A stretch of DNA of 64,000 nt from assembly GCA_963833985.1 (NCBI GenBank), contig CAWIAD010000001.1, positions 2,592,001 through 2,656,000 of the forward strand, read 5' to 3'. Both the position numbers and the translations under genes were made by a program. Under the pieces are notes generated by a model, which was not told the DNA's origin, made no database searches, and saw only the letters and a program-made list of their open reading frames with translations. Shown here piece by piece: positions 11,976-21,110 of the stretch. Positions within the stretch are counted from its first letter, which is position 1; each line of letters begins with the position of its first letter. This stretch comes from an uncultured Planctomycetaceae bacterium. GTDB taxonomy: Bacteria > Planctomycetota > Planctomycetia > Isosphaerales > Isosphaeraceae.

Positions 11976-12490
11976 TCCTCCTCGTCGTCCGGCTCATCAT
12001 CGGCATCGAGATCGGCTTCTTCTTCCTCGTCCAGCTCCTCCTCGTCCTCGATGATCGCCGCGGCCTGCTTCGCGGCTGCCTTGGGCGGGGGCGTCTCGAC
12101 GCGCGGGATGACCGCTCCAATCCCCGGAGCATCCTCGGCCATCGGCTCCTTGGTGCGTTGTACGAAATGAGTGCCGCGGCCCTTCGCCGTGAGCTCCGCG
12201 GCCCTGGCCTCGGCCGCCTCTTTCTGCGTGTAGTCGAAGGTGCCGACTGCCTTGTAGGCGTCGTTCATGACGGTCCAGACGATCTTCATCCGGGCCGCAG
12301 GCTTGGCCGCCCGGCTCGACTTGGCCTTGGGCTTGGCCGGGGCCTTCTTCTTCTTGGGTTTGCGCTCCTGGACCTCCTCTTCGTCGGCCTCCTCGACGAC
12401 TTCTTCGGGCTCGTCCTCGATCGGATCGGGATCCTCAGCGGCCTCGCTCTGACGTCTCAATTCCAGCCGATTCAACGGTTTCCCAGCCAT
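11972..12490 (-). CDS. Hypothetical charged protein (acidic and Lys/Ala-rich tracts around a small globular core)
   Basis: MAGKPLNRLELRRQSEAAE...MKIVWTVMND...HFVQRTKE; GAGGA upstream; resembles a planctomycete conserved hypothetical family (from memory, unverified). Confidence 0.75.
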   Translation of the reverse strand: MAGKPLNRLELRRQSEAAEDPDPIEDEPEEVVEEADEEEVQERKPKKKKAPAKPKAKSSRAAKPAARMKIVWTVMNDAYKAVGTFDYTQKEAAEARAAELTAKGRGTHFVQRTKEPMAEDAPGIGAVIPRVETPPPKAAAKQAAAIIEDEEELDEEEEADLDADDEPDDEEE

Positions 12491-12606
12491 GAAACCGGTC
12501 CTCTCGCGTTCGCGACGAACAGGTGTCTTGATCAGTAAGCACGAGCTTGACCACCGGCGCGGCCGATCCGGCCGGCGGGGGTGGAAGGAACGTCCATGCC
12601 CGCATC

Positions 12607-13134
12607 TTAATCAATCAATGGCAGCTTGAACAGGGCCGCCGGAGCGTGCCTGGGCGCGCGCCGGTCGCTGCGCCATGGCTGGCCCGCGAGCGCCGGCGCT
12701 GCCGTCCCTGCCTCCGAACGCTGGCTGGTGCCACAAAGCTCGCCCCGGATGCGGGCCAGAAGGTCGGAGGGATGGTAGGGCTTGGAAAGGAACGAGACCA
12801 CATTCAGCTCGCTCAGGCCGCGAATATGGTCGTCCAGGATCGCGGCGCTACAGATGATCACCGGCTGGTCCGCCCTGCGCTCCTTGATGCGCCGGCAGAC
12901 CTCCAACCCCGGGAGCAGGGGCAAATTGAGATCGAGCAAGACCAGATCGAAAGGATAGCCGGAGCAGAAGCGGTCGACTCCCTCCCGGCCGTCGCCGGCC
13001 TCTTCGATCTCGAAACCCTCGCCTCGCAAGAACTGCGCGACCAGCCCCCGAAGAATCGCTTCGTCCTCGACCAGCAGAATCTTTCCTGGCCGCTCACCAA
13101 TTCTGGCCGCCACGGACCGGTTCGGGCTTCCCAT
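12607..13134 (-). CDS. Single-domain response regulator (receiver)
   Basis: ILLVEDE, LLDLNLP (phospho-Asp), CSA, SKPY receiver motifs. Confidence 0.85.
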   Translation of the reverse strand: MGSPNRSVAARIGERPGKILLVEDEAILRGLVAQFLRGEGFEIEEAGDGREGVDRFCSGYPFDLVLLDLNLPLLPGLEVCRRIKERRADQPVIICSAAILDDHIRGLSELNVVSFLSKPYHPSDLLARIRGELCGTSQRSEAGTAAPALAGQPWRSDRRAPRHAPAALFKLPLID

Positions 13135-13425
13135 CGCATCTGCTCCCCGATCCTCGACCGTGGCCAGGCGATGAGGTGTGGCGTCGGGATGCGGGGCAAG
13201 CGACCGGACCGGGCAGAGGAAGAAATGAGATCTGTTGGCACCAGGAACGCGGTGGCCGATCATCATCCATGAACGGCACCATGCCACGCGGCAGAACACC
13301 GGGATTGTACGAGTATCGGCAGGACGCGCCCATGCGAACTTTGGCCCCGAGGCCGCCATGCGGCCACCCGGGCCGCTCTGGATGCAGCCCGCAAAGCGAG
13401 CAAGCCCTGCCGCTGTCCGCACCGG

Positions 13426-13659
13426 TCAGGACAGCGGAACCTGCGGGGACGCTGTCCCGGCGGGGAGCCCCGGGTTTTGTGGAACGGCGCGATCAACCCC
13501 CAGCGACTGGCAGAGAAAGGCAATCGCCACGTGCTTGGTGACGTTCAAACCGAGGATTCCCCACAACGCTCCCAGCCGGAACAGCCAGAAGTTGAGCGCA
13601 ATGCACGCGACCAGGCCGAGCAGTCCGGCGATCGAGAGCTGGAAGTTACGATGTTCCAT
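13426..13659 (-). CDS. Small membrane protein
   Basis: FQLSIAGLLGLVACIALNFWLFRLGALWGILGLNV: planctomycete-style FQ-x-S-I-x-x-L-L N-terminus with two hydrophobic segments. Confidence 0.6.
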   Translation of the reverse strand: MEHRNFQLSIAGLLGLVACIALNFWLFRLGALWGILGLNVTKHVAIAFLCQSLGVDRAVPQNPGLPAGTASPQVPLS

Positions 13660-14100
13660 GAAAGCATTATGGGTATGCGTGCTCGAAGCGGAAAGTGGCA
13701 CAGTGCTCAAGACTTCGGGTCTGCTCCGTTTTACGGGAACCCGAAAAACTTACGCAAAGGCCGTTCCGCGGCGCCCGGGTCCCGCGGCAGGAGTTCTGCC
13801 GGGGCATGCAGGCGGCGCGGAAGTGCAGTGCAGCGGGTGCGGACCATATGGTCGGCGACGCCGACTGACCGCGTTGTTGCGGGCCCGTGTCGGCATGGGT
13901 ACCCTCTGGCGAAGCTGGGTGTTACGGTTTAGCATGATGGCGCATCACTGACTGGGACGATGATCTTTCGGCCGAGGCTTCCCAATGTTAGCTTCTGCGT
14001 CATCGAGCCGCCCGCTCGGTTGCGGCGCAACACGGCCCGGCGCAGCTCCCAGATGCGTCCGACCGCTCCGAAGGTTCAACAAGGCATAGATCAACCCACC

Positions 14101-16793
14101 ATGGCGAATCCGACGATTTCCCGGCCGGAATGGAGCACGGTGATCGATCCCGTGCTCCAGAAGGAACTCGAGCAGCATGTCCTCGTGACCTCGTGGGACA
14201 AGCTGCTGGGTATGGTCGACACTGTGTACAACTGGGGACGGCGATCGAGCCTCTGGCCGCTGGGCTTCGGGCTGGCCTGCTGTGCCATCGAGATGATCTG
14301 CACCGCCTCCAGCCGGTTCGATATCGCCCGCTTCGGCGCCGAGGTCTTCCGCGGCTCGCCGCGCCAGGCCGACCTGATGATCGTCTCGGGCACCGTGACC
14401 AAGACGATGATGCCCATGATCGCGCGGCTCTACGACCAGATGCCCGAGCCCAAGTACGTGATCTCGATGGGCGCCTGCGCCACCGGCGGAGGGCCGTTCA
14501 AGGAGGGATACAACGTCGTCTCCGGGATCGACAAGTTCCTCCCGGTCGACGTCTACATTCCCGGCTGCCCGCCCACTCCGCAGGCGCTGCTGAACGGCCT
14601 GATCATGCTCCAGAAGAAGATCGACGGCGAGCACATCACGAATTCGCCGTGGTATCGCAACGACGTCGAGCGCGACGTGCCGATCCCGATTCTGGGGCCG
14701 GACCTCGTCGACCTGCGCACCGTGGAGCTGGCCGCCGAGCGGACGGCCCAGGGGGCAGTCGAGGCGCGTGAGGCCGAGCTGCCCAAGCCGCCCAAGATCC
14801 CGGCGCCACAGTCCGAGGTCGAGGCCCAGTCCGATGGGCAGGCGCCCTCCGGCAATGGGACAGCCGCACCGGCGGTCAGGCCGCTCAGCAAGATTGACAT
14901 GATCCGCGCCAAGGCGCGGGGCGAGGCCGTGCCCGGCGCCGGCTCGGCGGCCGCACCAGCACCGGCACCGGCGGCGCCCGCACCGGCGGCGAAACCCGGC
15001 AAGAAGGGCAAGCGTGCCGTGGCCCGGCCGAGCCTGGTCTGGCTGGGTGACGAGGGACTCAAAGCGCTGGCCGCGCGGATCGACACGGAGCTCGGCGCCG
15101 GGACCGCCGCGATCGTCCAGGCCGGCCTGCTCATCCCCGCCGAGAAGCTCATCGCGACCGCCCTCTACCTGCGCGACCGGAACCCGATCCGCTACGACTA
15201 TCTGGCCAGCCTGCAAAGCGTCCACTACGAGGACTGTATCGAGGTCAACTACCAGCTTGATAGCACCTCTAGCCCCGGCAGCCTCATCGAGCTGCGGGTG
15301 CGCACCGCCGAGGCCGAAGGGCAGGGGGAGGTCCCATCGCTCTACGACGTCTATCGCGGGGCCGACTTCCAGGAGCGCGAGGTCTACGACATGATGGGCG
15401 TGCGCTTCATCGGCCACCCCGAGCTGAAGCGCATCCTCATGTGGGAAGAGTACGCGTATTACCCGCTGCGCAAGGACTTCCTCGAACCTTACTACGAAGC
15501 CCCCGCCAAGGTCTTCCCGAGCCGGGTCGAGGAGGGTTTCGGCCAGCACTTCCGCGCCGAGGAAATCAGCCCCCACGGGACGAATTTCAAGGTGCCGCAG
15601 GGCTATACCGACTGGGCCAGCCTCTCCAGCAATTCCGACCCCAAGGGCGAGCCGCTCATGCCCGGCGGCGTCGAGGTACACGAGCTTGACACCGACCAGT
15701 TCGTTGTCAGCATGGGGCCCCAGCACCCGAGCACGCACGGCGTATTCCGGCTCAACCTGCGGGTCGACGGCGAGACGATCGTCGGCCTCAAGCCTGTGAT
15801 GGGGTACATGCACCGCAATCACGAGAAGATCGGCGAACGGAACACGTTCCTCATGAACTTCCCGTTCACCGACCGGCTCGACTACCTCACCAGCATGGGC
15901 AACAACTTCGGCTATGCCCTGGCTGTCGAGCAGCTCATGGGCGACGACGCGAAGCCGCCGGAACGGGCCGAGTACATCCGCGTGATCATGGCTGAGCTCA
16001 CCCGCATCGCCAGCCACATGTGGTCCGTCGGGTTCCTGCTCAATGACCTGGGCGCCTTCTTACCCCCGCGCTCTATGCCATCGAGGAGCGCGAGCTCATC
16101 CTGGACCTTTTCGAGTGGGCCGCGGGCAGCCGCATGATGTGCAATTACTTCCGGTTCGGTGGCGTGGCCTTCGACCTACCTCCCGGCTGGCTGGAGCGCT
16201 GCCGCGGCATCGTCAACGACCGCATCGACAGGAAGATCGATGAGCTCGACCGCTACCTATCGAAGAACGAGATCGTGCTCGACCGCTGCAAGGGCGTGGG
16301 CGTGCTCACGGCCGAGCAGGCGATCGGCTTCTCGACGGCCGGCCCGGTGCTGCGTGCCTCGAACGTCGCTTACGACATCCGCCGCGCCGCGCCTTACGGC
16401 ATCTACGATCGGTTCAGCTTCGACGTCATCACCGGCATGAACGGCGACCTGTACGACCGGTACTACGTCCGCCTGCTCGAGATGCGCGAGAGCGCGAAGA
16501 TTCTCAAGCAGGCGGTGCGCGACATCCCCGACGGCCCCATCCTTCCCGGCAAGAAGAGCTACCAGATCAAGGTTCCCGCCGGCGAGGCCTATTCCCGCGT
16601 GGAGAACCCCAAGGGCGAGCTGGGTTTCTACGTGGTCGCCGACGGCTCCGGCACAGCCTACCGCTACCACGTCCGCAGTCCCAGCTTCATCAACCTGACC
16701 GCGCTCGAGCAGATGTGCCTGGGCCACACCATCGCCGACGTCGTCGGCATCCTCGGCAGCCTCGATATCGTGCTCGGCGAGGTGGATCGGTGA
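14101..16793 (+). CDS. nuoBCD: Fused NADH:quinone oxidoreductase subunit B/C/D; frameshift at ~16062
   Basis: NuoB: ACCAIE, SPRQAD, MGACA, PGCPP. Nuo[24 protein letters not shown]. Nuo[37 protein letters not shown]. One missing base restores GAFFTPALY. Confidence 0.93.
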
Positions 16794-16975
16794 TGGGCGG
16801 TAGGCAGTCGGCAGTGGGCACTTTGTAGGGTGGGTCGAGCCGCGGGCGAGGCCCACCAGGGCGGCAGTGGGCAGGCGACAGTGGGCAGTTTGTAGGGTGG
16901 GTCGAGCCGCAGGCGAGGCCCACCAAGGCGGCAGTGGGCAGCTTGTAGGCCCACCAGGGCGGCAGTGGGCAGTGG
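16794..16975 (+). repeat. GTAG-type REP-like palindromes within GGCAGTG-type heptamer repeats
   Basis: GTAGGGTGGGTCGAGCCGC(G/A)GGCGAGGCCCACC at 16825-16857 and 16892-16924; collapsed copy GTAGGCCCACC at 16945-16955; several GGCAGT(G/C) units. Confidence 0.85.
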
Positions 16976-16987
16976 AGAGGAACCGGA

Positions 16988-17066
16988 GGACAGGCATTCT
17001 TGCCTGTCAAGAGGAAGGGGGGACAGGCATTCCCGAGGAAGGGGAGGACAGGCATTCTTGCCTGTC
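16988..17066. repeat. Second REP-like palindrome family (GGACAGGCATTCTTGCCTGTC)
   Basis: Full copies at 16988-17008 and 17046-17066, half copy at 17021-17033; GACAGGCA/TGCCTGTC form a stem. Confidence 0.85.
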
Positions 17067-17707
17067 AAGAGTAGGCAGCAGGGCATGCGTTGTGGGCTGC
17101 GAGCTTTGGGCTGAGGTAAGCAGAACAGCAATGGTCGACAACGGAGCGCTCGGAGGATGAGATGGGGAATCGTAGGCTCGGCTTCCCCTTCTGTGTGCTC
17201 CGAGATCGCAGTGGTCGATGGCTTCTGTGAGTTGCAGGAATCTCGGGTGTGCGTCTCTGGGCCGACTGTCTGGCCGAGGCTGTCGCAGGCGGCCTGCCCC
17301 CATGGATCGCCGGCGGGCCTGTGGTTCGGGCCGCACCAACTGGGCCTGACGGCCGACAAGGACTGCACGCGACGAGCGAAGGCCTCAACCAGTCCTGTCG
17401 CCGGGCCCGGTCGCCTATGCTCTCTGCCGACTCGTGGCTGTCGACCGACTCCTGACCCTTCCGGGTCGGGTTGCAGTGGATCAAGTCGCGGGGAGTCGCG
17501 GGCAGTCGGCAGTGGACGGCGGGCATTCGGCAGTAGACAATCGCTGGTGCAGACCCATCCGTGGGGCGATCCGCGGTCTTGTTTTCATCAGACATCGTCG
17601 TGGGCCAGGACAGAAAAACGACGAAATCTCTATCCAATGATTGCTTCAATTCGACTGGACGGTCACGGGTACTGGGCCACGGGCCATTGCTGCGAGGGGA
17701 AGTAGAA

Positions 17708-18421
17708 ATGCCAAGCGGTCAAGGCGTCATCCGCGGTCATCTCATCACGTTGCGGCGGTTCCTGCTCACATTCTGGCGCGATATTGCCGCGGGCAAGGGG
17801 TTCAGCCGGCGCGGGGGCGGGCACCTGATCGTTGACCTCTTCCGCAAGCCCGAGCGCGGTCATGAGCCCCGCGTCCAGCAGGATTACCGGACCGACGGGC
17901 TCTTCACGGTCGAGTACCCCGACGAGCGGCTGCCGGTCTACGAGCGGTTTCGCGTGCTGCCAATGCTCGTTTACGACACCGAGGACGGCAACGTCCGCTG
18001 CACCTCCTGTAACATCTGCGCCAAGGTGTGCCCGCCCCAGTGTATCTGGATGACTCAGGCCAAGAGTCCCAAGGGCACTGTCGTCCCGCTGCCGGAGGAC
18101 TTTTACATCGACATGGACGTCTGCATGAACTGCGGACTCTGCTCCGAGTACTGCCCGTTCGACGCCATCAAGATGGACCAGAACTTCGAGCTGTCAAACT
18201 ACGAGCGCCACCAGACGCATATCTACAGCCTCCAGGACTTGCTCGTCTCCAGCGAGTACTACGCGAAGACACACCCTGAAGCCTGGGCAAGCAGCGACGA
18301 GACGACCGAGCGCGGCAAGGTGGCCAAGAAGAAGGACCAGCGGCTTCAGAAAGCACTCGGCGGTGGCAAACCAGCGCCCGCCGCGCCAGCCAGGCCGGCA
18401 CCGCAGCCTGCCAAGGCCTAG
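17708..18421 (+). CDS. nuoI: NADH:quinone oxidoreductase subunit I (2x[4Fe-4S])
   Basis: TVEYPDE, CTSCNICAKVCP and CMNCGLCSEYCPFDAI motifs. Confidence 0.92.
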   Translation: MPSGQGVIRGHLITLRRFLLTFWRDIAAGKGFSRRGGGHLIVDLFRKPERGHEPRVQQDYRTDGLFTVEYPDERLPVYERFRVLPMLVYDTEDGNVRCTSCNICAKVCPPQCIWMTQAKSPKGTVVPLPEDFYIDMDVCMNCGLCSEYCPFDAIKMDQNFELSNYERHQTHIYSLQDLLVSSEYYAKTHPEAWASSDETTERGKVAKKKDQRLQKALGGGKPAPAAPARPAPQPAKA

Positions 18422-18663
18422 CTTCGTCACTCGGCGGCAAGGAAGGCCGACGAGCGGAAACTCTCTGATTGCCAGCCACGCGACGCGACCCGACTCGTCT
18501 CTGCGCTCGAATGAAGCTGTGCGTGCCTGCGCGCCGCAGGCAAAATCAGAAGGCCGCAGTCACTTTGAGGTACCAACTCGACAGTGATTTGTTAGAATAG
18601 GTAATTCACGCGAGCTAGACGGCTTTGACCTCCCAGTGACGTTGCAACGGGCGAGAACGATCC

Positions 18664-20193
18664 ATGATCGAATTCAATCAGCCGTGGAAAGTGGTGGGAC
18701 TGTGGCTGCGGGGTAAGGCAAGCACTCGCAAGAGTCGGCCGGTGCGCTCCGGTGTCGAGTACGCGATGTCTGGATGGGAATCGCTCGAGAGCCGGGAGCT
18801 TCTCAGCACGACGCAGACGTTCGAGGGAACGGGTGGTACAAACTACAGTCTCCAGCAGGTGGCTGGTCCACCGCAGGCCACGATTCTCAGTGGTGGACCG
18901 ACGGGCAATTTCCTGCGGCTTGCCACGACGCCGACTAGCCCGGTCGTCGGCAACAACAACTCGATCTCGTTCGTGACCAGTGACACGGGAGCCTTCAACG
19001 AGGCCACCGCGGCCTGGGACTTTCGTGTGACTCCTACCGCGGCGGGCGGGAACGGTGTTGGGATGTCGTTCGCGCTCTTGAATACAACGAATTATGGAAC
19101 CAGCGGCCAGGCGGCAAGCATCGCGCCGCAGCAGGGAATCTACGACGGCTCACTGGCCTTCGGGTTCGACACGACCAACGATCTCGTCTATCTCAGCCTG
19201 AACTCGGCGATCGTCACGGGAGCAAACCTGACGGGGACGCTGAACCTGGCAAGCGGGGTATTCATTCACGCCCAGGCCCAGATCAACTTCGAGGCGGCCA
19301 CGGTCTCACTGGTTCTCACGCCGACAGGCGGTTCAGCAGTCACGGTGTTCAACTCGACGACGGTCTCCGGTCTCGGACCCTATCAGTCGCGTGTCAGCTT
19401 CCAGGCCGACAACTCCACCACCTCGTACGCTGACTTTGACCTGGACAACGTCAGCGTCGTCTACAGCGGTGCCCGACTGGCGGGCACCATCTCGTTCAGC
19501 TCGAGCTCCTACGCGGTCTACGAGAATCAGCCGCAGGCCCTGATCACCATCGCTCGCACGGGCGGAACGGCGGGTACTTTCACGGTCAATTTCGTGTCAG
19601 CGGATGGTAGCGCGAGAAACGGTGTCAATTACGAATCGGTAGCCGGCTTCGTGACCTTCCCCGATGGTGTGGCCAGCCAGACCATCGCCATCCCGATCAT
19701 CGATGATCACCTGTCCGACGGCAACAAGCTCGTCAACCTGTACATCGGCAATCCGCAGCAGAACGCGCCGATTGCCAGCCCGATCGTGGCCACGCTGACG
19801 ATTGTCAATACCGATCCGCCGGCTCCCACGGTCTCGCCCTCGGTGCAGGCCATTTATCTGCCACACACGCGGCGAGTCGAGGCCTTTCGCTTGCAGTTCA
19901 GCCAGCCCATGAACGCGGCGTCAGCGACGAATCTGTCAAATTACGAGGTACTGCTCCCGCCGGCGCGGCGGAACGGCCCGGTCCGCCTGGTGACATTGAC
20001 GCAGGCCGTGCTTGACCCCAGCGGCATGGTCGTGACCCTGACGCGGGCGAACCTGGCCCAGCACCTCACGAGGTATGTCCGGATCGTCGTGCGGGGCAAG
20101 CCGACAACCGGTCTGATCAGCTCGAGTGGTACGTTCCTGGCCGGCACGGGCGGCGTCTCGGGGACGGATGCGGCGCTCGTCGTCTCGTCGTGA
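18664..20193 (+). CDS. Secreted protein with planctomycete LE-x-R-x-LL motif, lectin-like region and Calx-beta domain
   Basis: WESLESRELLS; WDF...GVGMSFAL...SLAFGFDT (L-type lectin-like); ISFSSSSYAVYEN...DGSARNGVNY...FPDGVASQTIAIPIIDD (Calx-beta). Confidence 0.8.
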   Translation: MIEFNQPWKVVGLWLRGKASTRKSRPVRSGVEYAMSGWESLESRELLSTTQTFEGTGGTNYSLQQVAGPPQATILSGGPTGNFLRLATTPTSPVVGNNNSISFVTSDTGAFNEATAAWDFRVTPTAAGGNGVGMSFALLNTTNYGTSGQAASIAPQQGIYDGSLAFGFDTTNDLVYLSLNSAIVTGANLTGTLNLASGVFIHAQAQINFEAATVSLVLTPTGGSAVTVFNSTTVSGLGPYQSRVSFQADNSTTSYADFDLDNVSVVYSGARLAGTISFSSSSYAVYENQPQALITIARTGGTAGTFTVNFVSADGSARNGVNYESVAGFVTFPDGVASQTIAIPIIDDHLSDGNKLVNLYIGNPQQNAPIASPIVATLTIVNTDPPAPTVSPSVQAIYLPHTRRVEAFRLQFSQPMNAASATNLSNYEVLLPPARRNGPVRLVTLTQAVLDPSGMVVTLTRANLAQHLTRYVRIVVRGKPTTGLISSSGTFLAGTGGVSGTDAALVVSS

Positions 20194-20411
20194 AGCTGGG
20201 CCCGGCGGCCCCACCACGGCGGGACGCCCCGCGGAACGGCGGCGGCGCGGGCATCGGCGCCGCGCCGGACTGAGGTCTTGCCGCGCGGGGAAATGCTCCT
20301 TAAGATGATCGCTCTGAACTGTCCGCGGCGTGCTTGCGCGGCACCATCCAGGGCTTTCGATACGGTCCTGGCGCGACGCACCGCCCTGGAGCCCTGGCCA
20401 CGAAGCTCACC

Positions 20412-20684
20412 ATGATTCCGACACCCCCGCAGCCCACATACGCGCACGGAACCCGGCTTCGCATCACCCAGCATGTGCGCGTGGGCCACCGCCGCTGGCT
20501 GACCCGCGTCGAGGGCGTGGTCGAAGGCGAGAGCCGGCGGCCGGTGGGGGGCATCGAGATGGGGGGCAAGGCGTCCTACTGCCAGCAGGGCACCATCCGC
20601 CTCCGGCGCGACGACGGAGAGATCACCGAGGTGGCCGTCGACGCGGAAACCACTGTGGAGACCGTCGACGCCGCATCCGCGTGA
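20412..20684 (+). CDS. Small beta-rich hypothetical protein upstream of nuoA
   Basis: 90-aa ORF GTRLRITQHVRVG..WLTRVEGVV...IRLRRDDGEITEVAVD, ending 43 bp before nuoA on the same strand. Confidence 0.7.
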   Translation: MIPTPPQPTYAHGTRLRITQHVRVGHRRWLTRVEGVVEGESRRPVGGIEMGGKASYCQQGTIRLRRDDGEITEVAVDAETTVETVDAASA

Positions 20685-20727
20685 TCGCGGCCGTCGGCGA
20701 CTCCTCGAGACGAAAGAGCCCTTTCTC

Positions 20728-21087
20728 ATGGTTATCAACAGTTATATCTTCATCGGCGTGCTGCTCCTGGTAGCGATCACCTTCGGCGTGCTGCCGATTC
20801 TCGTGGTGGCGATCGTGGCCCCCCGGAAGAAGTCGCTGGCCAAGGGAGACACCTACGAGTGCGGCGTGCGTACCTACGGCGAGACCTGGGTGCGGTTCCG
20901 GATCCAGTATTACATCTACGCGCTCATGTTCGTGGTGTTCGACATCGAGACGGTCTTCCTCTATCCCTGGGCCGTGAGCTACGCCGGCCTGGGAGCGTTC
21001 GCACTGGTGGAGATGATCGTCTTCCTGGTGATCCTGGCGGTCGGTCTGGCCTACGCGTGGGCCAAGGGGGTCTTGCGGTGGGTTTGA
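20728..21087 (+). CDS. nuoA: NADH:quinone oxidoreductase subunit A
   Basis: YECG, FDIETVFLYPW, three TM helices, KGVLRW. Confidence 0.95.
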   Translation: MVINSYIFIGVLLLVAITFGVLPILVVAIVAPRKKSLAKGDTYECGVRTYGETWVRFRIQYYIYALMFVVFDIETVFLYPWAVSYAGLGAFALVEMIVFLVILAVGLAYAWAKGVLRWV

Positions 21088-21110
21088 CAGGTTTTCCGCT
21101 GGCCGTGGAC

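Noticed and set aside
15700..16793. [NiFe]-hydrogenase large subunit (suggested by nikR in the window)
   Set aside because: No CxxC Ni-binding motifs; C-terminus is DIVLGEVDR and quinone-site residues are present, so it is NuoD.
16794..17066. CRISPR array
   Set aside because: Only 2-3 copies per repeat, spacers are themselves repetitive, no cas genes; fits REP-type repeats.
17065..17705. ORFs 17157..17705 (+) and 17065..17649 (-) as genes
   Set aside because: No recognisable motifs, atypical Cys/Ser/Arg-rich composition, overlap with repeats.
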